From: an uncultured Ectothiorhodospiraceae bacterium | Lineage (GTDB): Bacteria; Pseudomonadota; Gammaproteobacteria; S012-40 | Assembly (NCBI GenBank): GCA_945787715.1 | Contig: CALZJE010000001.1 | Location: 11,127 to 75,126, forward strand | DNA: 64,000 nt | Direction of reading: 5' to 3' | Shown: positions 19,023-28,656 of the stretch, piece after piece | How the letters are laid out: each line of letters opens with the position of its first letter | Position numbering within the stretch: the stretch's first letter is position 1 | Position numbers and translations under genes: made by a program | Notes under the pieces: model-generated | The model's input: only the letters and a program-made list of their open reading frames with translations | Told to the model about the DNA's origin: nothing | Database searches by the model: none

Positions 19023-20327
19023 TTATTTTTGCGTCACTTTTTCTTCCCTTGGCGTTTTCTTGTGAGGTTGTCTATTTCGTGGCGGCCTATTTTGGCTGTT
19101 TTTGCCTTTGTCGTAAGTCCTAGCTTTCTTTTTTTCGATTTTTACAGCTGGGCTTACTTTAGCAAGTAAATCTTCTGTAACTGGTTTTATCGCAATTTTA
19201 CTTCCAATGAACTCTTCGATATCAGTTAAATAGAATGCGCTGCTCTCGCAGATTAAATTGATTGCATTGCCGCTGCTGCCAATTCGCCCTGTGCGACCTA
19301 TTCTGTGCACATAATCTTCGGGATCTTGAGGTAGATCATAGTTTATTACATGCGTTACGCCATCAATGTGAAGACCTCTTGCCGCAACATCGGTCGCAAC
19401 AAGTACGTCAAACTCTCCATCGCCAAATTCTTTTACCAATCGTTGACGTTTGTTTTGCGGGACATCTCCAGACAGTAGGCCGGCTGTTATTTTATTGCCT
19501 TTTAAAAAGGCAGTAACTTTTTCCGCTGTTGACTTCATGTTCGCGAATATAATTGTTCGAGCTGGATGAGCTTTTCGTAGTATGCCAATAAGAATGGCGA
19601 TTTTTTCAGAGTTTGAGATATAGTAGCCATACTGCTCAATATGTGATTTTTTGTTTTCGCTTTCCACGCTTATAATTTTAGGATTGTCCATCAGCTCATA
19701 AGCAAATTCTTTGACTTTAAAACTAATAGTTGCTGAAAATAGAAGGTTTAGCCTTTTATCTGCAGGAGGGAGTCGTTGCAATATGTAGCGGACATCTTTT
19801 ATAAACCCCATGTCCAGCATACGGTCCGCTTCATCTAAAACCAGCGTTTCAATAGCTTTAAAGCTAAATAGCTTTTGCTTAAAGAAATCGATTACTCTTC
19901 CCACTGTTGCTATTAAAATGTCGCATCCCTGGCTTAGTTGTTTCTTTTGCTTTTCGTAATTAGCGCCACCATAGACAACTGTTGTCCGTAGGTCAGTATA
20001 TTTTAGTAGCGCAATAGCTTCTTGATGAATCTGAAGGGCGAGCTCTCTAGTTGGTGCCAGAATAAGCGCTCGTGGTCCCGCGTTTGCTTTGTTTGAAGGC
20101 TTGCTTAGTAATGAATTGATAGTTGCGATAAGAAATGTTGCAGTTTTGCCGGTGCCGGTATCTGCTTGACCAATAATATTTTGATTTTCGAGTATTACGG
20201 GCAGAGTATTTGCTTGAATTGGGGTGCAGTAAGTATAGCCAATATCTTTAATTGCTTGCTGGAGAGGAATTGGAAGTTCGAAGTCCTCGAATCGTTGAGT
20301 GGTTAGATGTTGATTGTTATTGCTCAT
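19023..20327 (-). CDS. rhlB: DEAD-box ATP-dependent RNA helicase (RhlB-like)
   Basis: Q-motif and Walker A (ADTGTGKT), DEAD box (VLDEADRM), SAT, HRIGRTGR; basic C-terminal tail; conserved rhlB/trxA/rho arrangement. Confidence 0.8.
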   Translation of the reverse strand: MSNNNQHLTTQRFEDFELPIPLQQAIKDIGYTYCTPIQANTLPVILENQNIIGQADTGTGKTATFLIATINSLLSKPSNKANAGPRALILAPTRELALQIHQEAIALLKYTDLRTTVVYGGANYEKQKKQLSQGCDILIATVGRVIDFFKQKLFSFKAIETLVLDEADRMLDMGFIKDVRYILQRLPPADKRLNLLFSATISFKVKEFAYELMDNPKIISVESENKKSHIEQYGYYISNSEKIAILIGILRKAHPARTIIFANMKSTAEKVTAFLKGNKITAGLLSGDVPQNKRQRLVKEFGDGEFDVLVATDVAARGLHIDGVTHVINYDLPQDPEDYVHRIGRTGRIGSSGNAINLICESSAFYLTDIEEFIGSKIAIKPVTEDLLAKVSPAVKIEKKKARTYDKGKNSQNRPPRNRQPHKKTPREEKVTQK

Positions 20328-20612
20328 TAATATGTGTACACCATTTGAGTTGTAAATTGGGCTCGATAAGTATCGTATTATTTTTTTCGGCTAAAAGTTA
20401 AATATTTATGTTAGTGTTTGCCTTTTTCATCACATATATGTACATTCTTATTTCTAAGCTAAGCTTGCCTTTAGCAAAATTCACTTATCACTGTAACATA
20501 AGGTTTGCAATTTTGCTCAGTTAGGTAGTATGGAAACTGGATCTAACAATTCGGATGGATTCTTGGCCGTGTAAAGCACATAATTAATTTATAAAATTGG
20601 AGGCATTATACA

Positions 20613-20939
20613 GTGAGTGATCGTATAGTCTATTTGACTGATGATACTTTTGAGCAAGAAGTACTGCAGGGCGAAAGTCCGGTACTTGTGGATTACTGGG
20701 CCGAATGGTGTGGACCTTGTAAAATGATTGCGCCAATTTTGGATGAAATTGCCTCTGAGTATGAAGGGAAAATCAAAGTTGCAAAGTTGAACATTGATGA
20801 AAATCCTGCTACACCTCCTAAATATGGTATTCGAGGTATTCCTACGCTAATGTTATTTAAAGGTGGCAGTGTAGAAGCAACAAAAGTGGGTGCAGTATCC
20901 AAATCTCAACTCACCGCTTTTATTGATAGTAATCTTTAA
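20613..20939 (+). CDS. trxA: Thioredoxin 1
   Basis: WCGPC active site; 108 aa; GTG start with a GGAGG ribosome-binding site. Confidence 0.9.
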   Translation: MSDRIVYLTDDTFEQEVLQGESPVLVDYWAEWCGPCKMIAPILDEIASEYEGKIKVAKLNIDENPATPPKYGIRGIPTLMLFKGGSVEATKVGAVSKSQLTAFIDSNL

Positions 20940-21140
20940 GTTGAATTTTTTCTTTCTGCGTACTACCCTATACATAGAAAATATGGGTGTACGCAGACAG
21001 AAGTGATGCTTGGCTGTGTCCTATAAAACCAAACCAGTATAAAGACTCTCCAACTTTTCAATATCAAAACCAACTAGAATTTGGATCGCCAATATTCTTC
21101 GTATATTTAATCATCAACTCAAAAAACACATCCTATAAAT

Positions 21141-22397
21141 ATGAATTTGACAGATTTAAAGCAAAAACCTGCGGCTGAACTCATCGAAATTGCTCAGAAA
21201 ATGGGTTTAGACAATATGGCTAGGTCCAGAAAACAGGATCTTGTCTTCTCAATCCTAAAAGCACATGCGAAAAAGGGGGAAGATATACATGGCAATGGAG
21301 TTCTTGAAATATTACAAGATGGCTTCGGTTTTTTACGTTCCGCAGACAGTTCATATTTAGCTGGACCTGATGATATCTATGTTTCACCAAGTCAAATTCG
21401 TCGCTTTGCGTTGCGCACGGGTGATACCGTTGCGGGTAAAATCCGACCACCAAAAGAAGGTGAGCGTTATTTTGCGTTGTTGAAAGTTAACGAGATTAAT
21501 TTCGAGGCTCCTGAAAATGCGCGTGGTAAAGTTTTATTTGAAAACTTAACGCCATTGTTTGCCGAAGAACGATTAATGATGGGGATCGGTAACGGAAGTA
21601 CTGAAGATTTAACGGCTCGAATCATTGATATTGTCTCTCCCATTGGTAAAGGGCAGCGGGGTTTAGTGGTTTCACCGCCTAAAGCGGGTAAGACGATGAT
21701 GTTGCAAAACATCGCACATTCGATTACGGCAAACCATCCAGAATGTATATTGATTGTACTGCTTATCGATGAGAGACCTGAAGAGGTAACAGAAATGGCA
21801 CGTACCGTTAAGGGTGAGGTTGTTTCAAGTACCTTTGATGAGCCTGCAGCACGCCACGTGCAAGTTGCTGAAATGGTTATCGAAAAAGCAAAACGTTTAG
21901 TTGAGCATAAGAAAGACGTTGTTATTTTGCTTGATTCTATTACTCGATTGGCTCGAGCTTACAATACTGTGATTCCTTCGTCCGGAAAAGTTCTTACTGG
22001 TGGCGTAGATGCCAATGCATTGCAACGCCCAAAACGCTTTTTTGGGGCGGCGCGAAATGTTGAAGAAGGTGGAAGCTTAACGATTCTTGCTACCGCTCTT
22101 GTTGATACTGGATCTCGAATGGATGAGGTTATCTACGAAGAGTTCAAAGGTACCGGTAATCAGGAGTTGCATCTCGATCGCAAAGTGGCGGAAAAACGAA
22201 TCTATCCTGCAATTAATGTAAATCGTTCAGGTACGCGTCGTGAAGAGAAGCTTACTTCTCAGGAAGAGCTGCAAAAACTTTGGATCCTACGTAAGCTTCT
22301 ACATCCGATGGAAGAAGTGCAAGCGATTGAATTTCTGATTGATAGACTGAAGGATACTAAGACTAACGATGAATTTTTTGATGCTATGAAGCGATAA
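21141..22397 (+). CDS. rho: Transcription termination factor Rho
   Basis: N-terminal RNA-binding domain plus RecA-like ATPase (Walker A GKTMMLQ); near full-length identity pattern to Rho. Confidence 0.95.
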   Translation: MNLTDLKQKPAAELIEIAQKMGLDNMARSRKQDLVFSILKAHAKKGEDIHGNGVLEILQDGFGFLRSADSSYLAGPDDIYVSPSQIRRFALRTGDTVAGKIRPPKEGERYFALLKVNEINFEAPENARGKVLFENLTPLFAEERLMMGIGNGSTEDLTARIIDIVSPIGKGQRGLVVSPPKAGKTMMLQNIAHSITANHPECILIVLLIDERPEEVTEMARTVKGEVVSSTFDEPAARHVQVAEMVIEKAKRLVEHKKDVVILLDSITRLARAYNTVIPSSGKVLTGGVDANALQRPKRFFGAARNVEEGGSLTILATALVDTGSRMDEVIYEEFKGTGNQELHLDRKVAEKRIYPAINVNRSGTRREEKLTSQEELQKLWILRKLLHPMEEVQAIEFLIDRLKDTKTNDEFFDAMKR

Positions 22398-22456
22398 AAA
22401 AGCGATAAATTTTATTTAATGTAAATTTCCTCAAGTCTAATAGTCTATCACCTTAC

Positions 22457-23194
22457 ATGCGTCAGCTAAGGTTTTATGTCCCTTTTCAATTGGTTGATGG
22501 TGAGTGTTTCACTCTTCCCGAGGATGTCTTCAAACACGCAATTAAGGTTTTACGACTTTCTGTTGATGCGGAGTTTGTGCTGTTCTGCGGTGATAATAGA
22601 GAATATCGGGTTAGATTAGCGTCTATTCAGAAAAAATCAGCAGAAGTTAAAGTTTTAGGCTCTCAAAAAGTTAATCGAGAGTCTTCTCTCAAGATCCACC
22701 TTATTCAAGGCGTGTCTAAAGGCGATAGAATGGACTTTGTTTGCCAAAAAGCGACAGAACTTGGCGTCCATTCCATAACTCCTGTGTTTACCGACAGAGC
22801 TAATGTCTCCTTGTCGGGAGATCGATTGGAGAAAAAACTCAGTCATTGGAAAGGTATAACAACATCCTCTTGTGAGCAGTGCGGTCGTAACTCCCTTCCT
22901 TTTGTTAATCCACCGGAGCAGCTTCCATCTGCGTTAAAACGCTTCTCAGAGCTGGAAATTGCCAAATTTGTGTTGTCTCCAACTGCTTCTTGCAAATTAC
23001 TAGAAACCTGGAAACCCTGCCGTGAGCTTGCTGTTTTAATCGGGCCAGAAGGGGGATTAAGCGAAAAAGAGCTTCAAGCTGCAGCAGTTGCTGGTTTTCA
23101 AAGCACTTTGCTTGGTCCGCGAATATTGCGTACAGAAACAGCTGCGATCACATTTATATCCCTTTTTCAGGGGTTGTGGGGCGATTTAACATAA
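22457..23194 (+). CDS. rsmE: 16S rRNA (uracil1498-N3)-methyltransferase
   Basis: RsmE family length and motifs: PUA-like N-terminus, then a SPOUT domain (LLIGPEGGLSEKE). Confidence 0.8.
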   Translation: MRQLRFYVPFQLVDGECFTLPEDVFKHAIKVLRLSVDAEFVLFCGDNREYRVRLASIQKKSAEVKVLGSQKVNRESSLKIHLIQGVSKGDRMDFVCQKATELGVHSITPVFTDRANVSLSGDRLEKKLSHWKGITTSSCEQCGRNSLPFVNPPEQLPSALKRFSELEIAKFVLSPTASCKLLETWKPCRELAVLIGPEGGLSEKELQAAAVAGFQSTLLGPRILRTETAAITFISLFQGLWGDLT

Positions 23195-23408
23195 ATTGAC
23201 AATTGGTATTTCCGTCTAAATATCCAGCAAAATACGCCTTTCTATGCATCTTTCAATTGAAAAACAATATAAAAATCAAGCATTAGGAAAAATAAGGGAA
23301 TTTGCATTTCTTTACAATTGCTAAGGTTGGAGGTTTGCTACCTGGAAATTCAAATTTCATGGCTCATCATGTAGGTTGCACTGACCGCAACAGTAATATA
23401 TAAATAAT

Positions 23409-23435
23409 AATAGTTGATGAAAATACTCAAGTATG
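23409..23435 (+). promoter_or_regulatory. IscR type-1-like operator upstream of the Rrf2 regulator
   Basis: ATAGTTGATGAAAATACTCAAGTAT resembles the E. coli iscR-promoter type-1 box (ATAGTTGAcc..TTTACTCggGaAT). Confidence 0.4.
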
Positions 23436-23473
23436 GGTATTATATATAAACCACTAACAAGAGGTAAGCAGTC

Positions 23474-23926
23474 ATGAAAATACCAACCAAAGGACGCTAT
23501 GCTGTTTCAGCAATGATGGATCTAGCAATTCATGATAAAATAAAACCACTAACGATCGCTGAAATAGCGGAAAAACAGAATATTTCCTTATCATATTTGG
23601 AGCAGCTGTTTGCCGTTTTGCGTCGCGAAGGGCTTGTTCGAGGGACTAGAGGGCCAGGTGGCGGTTACAGATTAGCTCAACCTGCTAATATGATTACAGT
23701 AGCTCAAATTATTCGTACAGTAGATGTGAAATCGGTCGATCAAGGTAAGGAACATGAAGATTATCTTCCATATATGTTATGGACAGAGCTCAGTAAACAG
23801 ATTTTTAGCTTTTTAGATAACATTACGCTTGCGGAGTGTGTAGATCATCCTGACGTTAAATCACAATTTGAAAAGCAACAGTTAGTGATTAATACTGAGA
23901 GTGATGAAGATCGAGCGGCCGCTTAA
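23474..23926 (+). CDS. iscR: Rrf2-family regulator, IscR homologue lacking the Cys ligands for the [2Fe-2S] cluster
   Basis: Strong similarity to the IscR N-terminal wHTH (GRYAV...ISLSYLEQLF...GPGGGY), but the region matching Cys92/98/104 reads QGKEHEDYLPYM with no Cys. Confidence 0.7.
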   Translation: MKIPTKGRYAVSAMMDLAIHDKIKPLTIAEIAEKQNISLSYLEQLFAVLRREGLVRGTRGPGGGYRLAQPANMITVAQIIRTVDVKSVDQGKEHEDYLPYMLWTELSKQIFSFLDNITLAECVDHPDVKSQFEKQQLVINTESDEDRAAA

Positions 23927-23995
23927 TATAAACGATGAATAATCTAAGTTAGCACTAGAAAGATTTTATATATAAAGTAGTTAGGAGAATTATAA

Positions 23996-24382
23996 ATGGC
24001 TTATAGCGACAAAGTTCTTGATCACTATGAGAATCCGCGAAATGTGGGCGCTTTTGATAAGAACGATGTGACAGTCGGTACTGGAATGGTCGGTGCTCCT
24101 GCATGTGGCGATGTCATGCGCTTGCAAATTAAAGTGAACGATGATGGCATAATTGAAGAAGCGCGCTTTAAAACTTATGGGTGTGGCTCTGCGATAGCGT
24201 CAAGTTCATTGTTGACTGAGTGGGTTAAAGGTAAGACATTGCAAGAAGCTCAGGAAATTAAAAATACGGAGATTGCTGAAGAATTGGCATTACCACCGGT
24301 AAAAGTGCACTGCTCAGTACTTGCCGAGGATGCTATAAAAGCAGCTATTGAAGATTATCAGGGAAAAATGGGTAAAAACTGA
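23996..24382 (+). CDS. iscU: Fe-S cluster assembly scaffold IscU
   Basis: Near-identical motif set to E. coli IscU (GAPACGDVM, YGCGSAIASSS, HCS, LPPVK). Confidence 0.9.
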   Translation: MAYSDKVLDHYENPRNVGAFDKNDVTVGTGMVGAPACGDVMRLQIKVNDDGIIEEARFKTYGCGSAIASSSLLTEWVKGKTLQEAQEIKNTEIAEELALPPVKVHCSVLAEDAIKAAIEDYQGKMGKN

Positions 24383-24421
24383 TATCCCTAGTTTCTCATA
24401 GATTCAATTGTATTAAAAAAA

Positions 24422-24451
24422 CCTCTCAGATATTTGAGAGGTTTTTTTTTG
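24422..24451 (+). terminator. Intrinsic terminator after iscU
   Basis: Hairpin cctctcaga-tattt-tgagagg followed by T9. Confidence 0.8.
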
Positions 24452-24513
24452 CGAACTGAAAAAATTAGGCTTAAAAAATCTTATTTGGAATTAAATACCT
24501 TTGCAAAAGAATT

Positions 24514-25359
24514 ATGAATAATTTATATCACTCTCAGCAAGAAAAGATAATACATCAATCTTCTGATGAGTATGGCAAACTGGTTATAAAAGAACATGGT
24601 CAAATTAGAAGCTTATATTTTGATGATGAGAAAAAGCAGAGCGCCATATTTACACCATATCCCAGTGTATTGGTGCTGCAATATACTCAAGCCATGATGA
24701 GTGCTTTTCTTTTTAAAGCAATGCCAAATCGAATTCTGTTGTTGGGTTTGGGTGGAGGTGGTCTGGTTCACTTTTTGTTGAAAGCAGCTCCCCAGGCAAA
24801 AATTGAAGTCGTGGAGTTGAGGCACGAAGTTATCGAACTATCGAAGACTTATTTCAAGCTACCTATTTTTAATAAAAGATTATCAGTTCACTGCTGTGAC
24901 GCTCTGCTATTTGTTCACGATAATATAATTAATAATTCCCAGAAATATGACATGATTTTTGTTGATGTTTTTGATAAGGATGGTCCGTCAAAAATAAATA
25001 AAGATGTTAATTTTATCTTTTCATGCAAAGCTTTATTAAATAATTCTGGTGTTGTTGCATTTAATCTTTGGAATCGTAGAATAGATCACTACCCTTCACT
25101 ATATAAAAGATATAACGAAATTTTCTCGGAGAACATAATCGATCTAAAATTCGGACGTGTAAATAGTAATATTTTGTTATTTGGATTTTCATCAGACCAT
25201 ATGCTAGATGAATTAAATGGTCTTGGGCTTGAAGCGCAAAAATTAAAGAAAAGATTTGGAATAGACTTCCCTTATTTTCTGAGCCAAATACAGAAACAAA
25301 ATTTCTCATTTTTATCTCGCATTAAAAAATTCCTATTCAAAAAGCCCGTACATAATTGA
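24514..25359 (+). CDS. Spermidine-synthase-like (PABS-fold) SAM-dependent methyltransferase/aminopropyltransferase
   Basis: LLLGLGGGG glycine loop, VVELRHEVIE and IFVDVFD acidic motifs typical of the spermidine/spermine synthase fold. Confidence 0.55.
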   Translation: MNNLYHSQQEKIIHQSSDEYGKLVIKEHGQIRSLYFDDEKKQSAIFTPYPSVLVLQYTQAMMSAFLFKAMPNRILLLGLGGGGLVHFLLKAAPQAKIEVVELRHEVIELSKTYFKLPIFNKRLSVHCCDALLFVHDNIINNSQKYDMIFVDVFDKDGPSKINKDVNFIFSCKALLNNSGVVAFNLWNRRIDHYPSLYKRYNEIFSENIIDLKFGRVNSNILLFGFSSDHMLDELNGLGLEAQKLKKRFGIDFPYFLSQIQKQNFSFLSRIKKFLFKKPVHN

Positions 25360-25553
25360 CGCAAGTCTGCAAAGCTTTAATAGTTAGTGTGCTCATGTGC
25401 CAAATCGCGATTGTCGAGAAGGCCTATTTGCTTGCTAAGTAACCGGATTACTATTTTCTCAACACTTAAACTAACTTTAACATTGACAGTGAAGAAGTGT
25501 CTTTTTAGACTGCGAGGTCACGAGAAATTTTTAGTTATTCATAGGGAAAAATT

Positions 25554-26582
25554 ATGAAATTGAAATATCATGTATTGAGTACTGCAGCTGTTGGGGCTGC
25601 AATGTTGTTACCTATTGCAGCTAATGCGGGTGCCGAAATCTACGGTAAAATTCATTTGTCTGCTGATTACATGGATACAGGCGCCAAAGAAGGTCATGCT
25701 TTAAGCAGTAATTCAAGTCGTATTGGTTTTAAAGGCAAAGAAGAGTTAACGGATTCTTTAAAAGCTGTTTGGAAAATTGAAATTGAATCTGGTATCGAAG
25801 AGGGGAGTACGTTATTTAAATCACGTGATCGATTATTTGGTCTTGAGACTAAGTCGGGGACTGTACAGTTTGGTTATTATGACACACCTAGTAAGTCGTT
25901 AGGCAAAAAATTTGCACAATTTTCCGACACTATCTCTGATCGACGTGGTGTGTTGGGGTATGACTCGAAAGAAGGTGTGAAGTTTGACATACGCGCTGAT
26001 GATGCTGTGATGTACTCTTCACCTTCAATAGCGGGCCTTAAAGTGAAATTAATGCGCTCTGCGGGTTCTACTGCATCTGATGTTGCATCAGGTGCCGATA
26101 CTACTCCCGTTACTAGTTTAAGTGCGCTATATGATAAAAAGAAATATTATGTTGGCATTGCTTATGAAGATCAGGAAGCAATTAGAGTATCCGGTATTCG
26201 TTTTGTTGCAGGCGCCGCTGTCGCTAAAGCTAAGGTAAATGTGATTTTCGAACAGCTTTCTTCTGATAGTAATAAAGGAAGTGATCGTTCTGTATACGGT
26301 TTGAGTGGTTCCTACGGGATAGATACTTATACATTAAAAGGACAAGCATTGCTGGCTGACGACTATTCAGGTAAGTCTGATAGTGGTGCGATGGTAATTT
26401 CTGGTGGACTTTACAAAAAAATTGCCAAGAGTTTTGAAGTGTATGGCATTGTATCGAGGTTGGAGAATGACGACAAAGGAAAATATAAACTAACTGGCTC
26501 TGGGCACGGAGACTCTTATAAACCAAGTGAAGAAGGTGCTAATATGCACTCAGTTTCTGCAGGTATGATTTATAAATTCTAA
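25554..26582 (+). CDS. Outer-membrane porin (Gram-negative porin family)
   Basis: Signal peptide ending ANA; alternating amphipathic beta-strands; aromatic C-terminus ...GMIYKF. Confidence 0.6.
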   Translation: MKLKYHVLSTAAVGAAMLLPIAANAGAEIYGKIHLSADYMDTGAKEGHALSSNSSRIGFKGKEELTDSLKAVWKIEIESGIEEGSTLFKSRDRLFGLETKSGTVQFGYYDTPSKSLGKKFAQFSDTISDRRGVLGYDSKEGVKFDIRADDAVMYSSPSIAGLKVKLMRSAGSTASDVASGADTTPVTSLSALYDKKKYYVGIAYEDQEAIRVSGIRFVAGAAVAKAKVNVIFEQLSSDSNKGSDRSVYGLSGSYGIDTYTLKGQALLADDYSGKSDSGAMVISGGLYKKIAKSFEVYGIVSRLENDDKGKYKLTGSGHGDSYKPSEEGANMHSVSAGMIYKF

Positions 26583-26606
26583 GTATCAAAAATTATCTGA
26601 ATAAGA

Positions 26607-26632
26607 AAAGAGGGCTATGCCCTCTTTTTTTT
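26607..26632. terminator. Intrinsic, probably bidirectional, terminator between the porin and the convergent gene
   Basis: Hairpin aagagggc-tat-gccctctt followed by T8, preceded by an A-rich run. Confidence 0.7.
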
Positions 26633-26650
26633 ATTGGGGTTAGCTGAATT

Positions 26651-26974
26651 TTACTTTGAATACGACCCAATAACTTCATAATGCATGATTTGAGGCTCTA
26701 CTCCTTCTGCCATTTTCATGCAGGCAAAATAAGCGTTACAAAAAGGACTTTCAAATATTTTGTCCAATGCTTTTTTGGCATCATCCATTGAGTGCCAATA
26801 AACAATATCCATAAAATTTCTTTCACCGGTTTTCACTAGAGTTCGAGCAATATACCCTTCGCATTGTTCCAGGAATCCTTTTTCTAGCTGGGCTGAGGCA
26901 TTGAGCAATTGAGTGTTTGTAATCCCTTCAGCTACCTCAAATGGAGCCATTTCAATTATTGTTGCATTGTTCAT
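26651..26974 (-). CDS. Small hypothetical protein (possibly ABM/Dabb-like alpha+beta barrel)
   Basis: 107-aa ORF downstream of the redoxin gene on the same strand; fold assignment is only a guess. Confidence 0.35.
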   Translation of the reverse strand: MNNATIIEMAPFEVAEGITNTQLLNASAQLEKGFLEQCEGYIARTLVKTGERNFMDIVYWHSMDDAKKALDKIFESPFCNAYFACMKMAEGVEPQIMHYEVIGSYSK

Positions 26975-27094
26975 CTTGTTTCCTTTTTTATTAGTTGCTC
27001 ATAACGACTAAAGTCGTATGGCAATAATAAGCAAGGAGTACTGACAACATTGTGTCAGCAGGGCGTGGTTTTCAAACGGTAAAACGAAAGTTTT

Positions 27095-27685
27095 TTATTG
27101 AGCTAGCAAATCATCCAATACTTTAATCAGATTTTTACCAGTACGATAGTCTTCGTTTAACAAAATCTCGCCTGTTGCTGATATGACGACAGTTGTGCCG
27201 TTAGAGGCATGAAACTGGTTGAGGAGTGTATGCTCAGTATCTGCCAAGGTAATGAATTCCGAGTCACTATAACCGCTGGCGATTTCTGAAGCACGAGTTA
27301 ATGCGATAGAGCCTGATATATGATCGACGAGAACAAATGTAATATCACCTCGATCTCGAAATTGAGGCATTACCGTGTTGAACATGTGGTCTGAATGCCC
27401 TAAACAGATTGGGCACCACATGGTGAAATAGAGAACGATAGCATCAGTAGGTGTATCTCCATTTTCGAGGTAAGACGATAGGGTAAATAAATCTCCTTCG
27501 CTACTCGTTACTTGAAATTCCGCGGAAATTTGACTAGGCCTGTGGCCTATTGTGCCGCTTTCAACGCTTTCTCGTAAATCAGAATCCGAGGGCAGTAAAT
27601 CATTTTTTATATCACCGCATGCGGTTAAATAAAACAGGCAAATTGAAAAGGTGAGATAGCGAAACAAAAGATTATTGGAAGACAT
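27095..27685 (-). CDS. TlpA/redoxin-like thiol-disulfide oxidoreductase lipoprotein
   Basis: Lipobox YLTAC; thioredoxin-fold active site WCPIC; last gene of a three-gene operon. Start moved to the internal Met that precedes the signal peptide. Confidence 0.6.
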   Translation of the reverse strand: MSSNNLLFRYLTFSICLFYLTACGDIKNDLLPSDSDLRESVESGTIGHRPSQISAEFQVTSSEGDLFTLSSYLENGDTPTDAIVLYFTMWCPICLGHSDHMFNTVMPQFRDRGDITFVLVDHISGSIALTRASEIASGYSDSEFITLADTEHTLLNQFHASNGTTVVISATGEILLNEDYRTGKNLIKVLDDLLAQ

Positions 27686-28655
27686 AGCTAACGCCTGTTG
27701 TAAAAACATCTGTTATCGGGAAATTTTCACCCCAGTTATCGCGATCAATAGTGTGGCTCCAACTAAGCTTTAGAATCCATTGATTATCGGAGTCAGACCA
27801 AGCGAGTGCAGTGGATATTGAATTTTTTTTAAATCCTGAAGCAGAGTCTTTAACACCATCTATCGTTGATTTTCCTTCGGTTAAATAGTTATAAGATAGT
27901 GTTGCTGTGAGTGTATCCAAACTTTCCATGAAGTAAGTGTAGCTCGCTGCAGTAGTAATGCTGGTACGATTGCCCAGTTGCTTATTGTAAGGTTCAACAT
28001 AGTTACTTTTTTCTCTATTCACTGAGCGTTTAATATGCACACCGTGACTAAAAGTTACTGCTGCAGTGAAAGGGTAGATTGTTTTTTCCACATGAAGCGT
28101 GCCGTCTACACGATAAAAGCCGCGACCTGTTATATCAAAATCATCGGGTACATTATCATAAGGAGAGGTGCCCGTCGGGAGGATTAACGAGGCACCCCAG
28201 TAAATCGAAGGTTTTAAATCACTCAGCTTTCGCACTTTCCATACACAAGTAATATCGTCGAAGGCTTCATAAAGCAGGGAGATAGACGTATCACCAAGGC
28301 CATGTGTGTTGCGCTCTATGCCTGAATATTTATTGCGATTCCAGGTGTATGGCATAACGATAGAGGTTTGCCAGTTGTCTGCCAATCGATAAGCAAATCC
28401 TGTATTAAGTCGAAACTGCTTTAGATCAGATCCTTGCTGGTATTCTGCACGTGTTCCATCTGCTTCCCAAAAACCATTATAAATTTCTTGATTGATACTA
28501 AGGTCAATCATCGCTGTTGCAGTTTTAGGTAGCATCAAACTGCTACTCGATCCACCTCCACAACAAGAGGCGGCGTGTAGTGATGTCGGACTTAACAGTG
28601 TGGCAGCAATGATTGCTAATTTTATCTGCCGCCACCCTCTTTGTTGTTCGTGCAT
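27672..28655 (-). CDS. Outer-membrane beta-barrel protein (about 300 aa; possibly the MetA-pathway/phenol-degradation-like OMP family)
   Basis: Signal peptide; mature N-terminus ASCCGGGSSSS; alternating beta-strand pattern; C-terminal ...VSYVFQ; overlaps both neighbouring genes, indicating translational coupling. Confidence 0.5.
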   Translation of the reverse strand: MHEQQRGWRQIKLAIIAATLLSPTSLHAASCCGGGSSSSLMLPKTATAMIDLSINQEIYNGFWEADGTRAEYQQGSDLKQFRLNTGFAYRLADNWQTSIVMPYTWNRNKYSGIERNTHGLGDTSISLLYEAFDDITCVWKVRKLSDLKPSIYWGASLILPTGTSPYDNVPDDFDITGRGFYRVDGTLHVEKTIYPFTAAVTFSHGVHIKRSVNREKSNYVEPYNKQLGNRTSITTAASYTYFMESLDTLTATLSYNYLTEGKSTIDGVKDSASGFKKNSISTALAWSDSDNQWILKLSWSHTIDRDNWGENFPITDVFTTGVSYVFQ

Positions 28656-28656
28656 A

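Noticed and set aside
20987-21178. 63-aa ORF in the trxA-rho intergenic region.
   Set aside because: It lies in the expected rho leader and attenuator region and overlaps the rho start. There is no ribosome-binding site, and the region is likely a noncoding leader.
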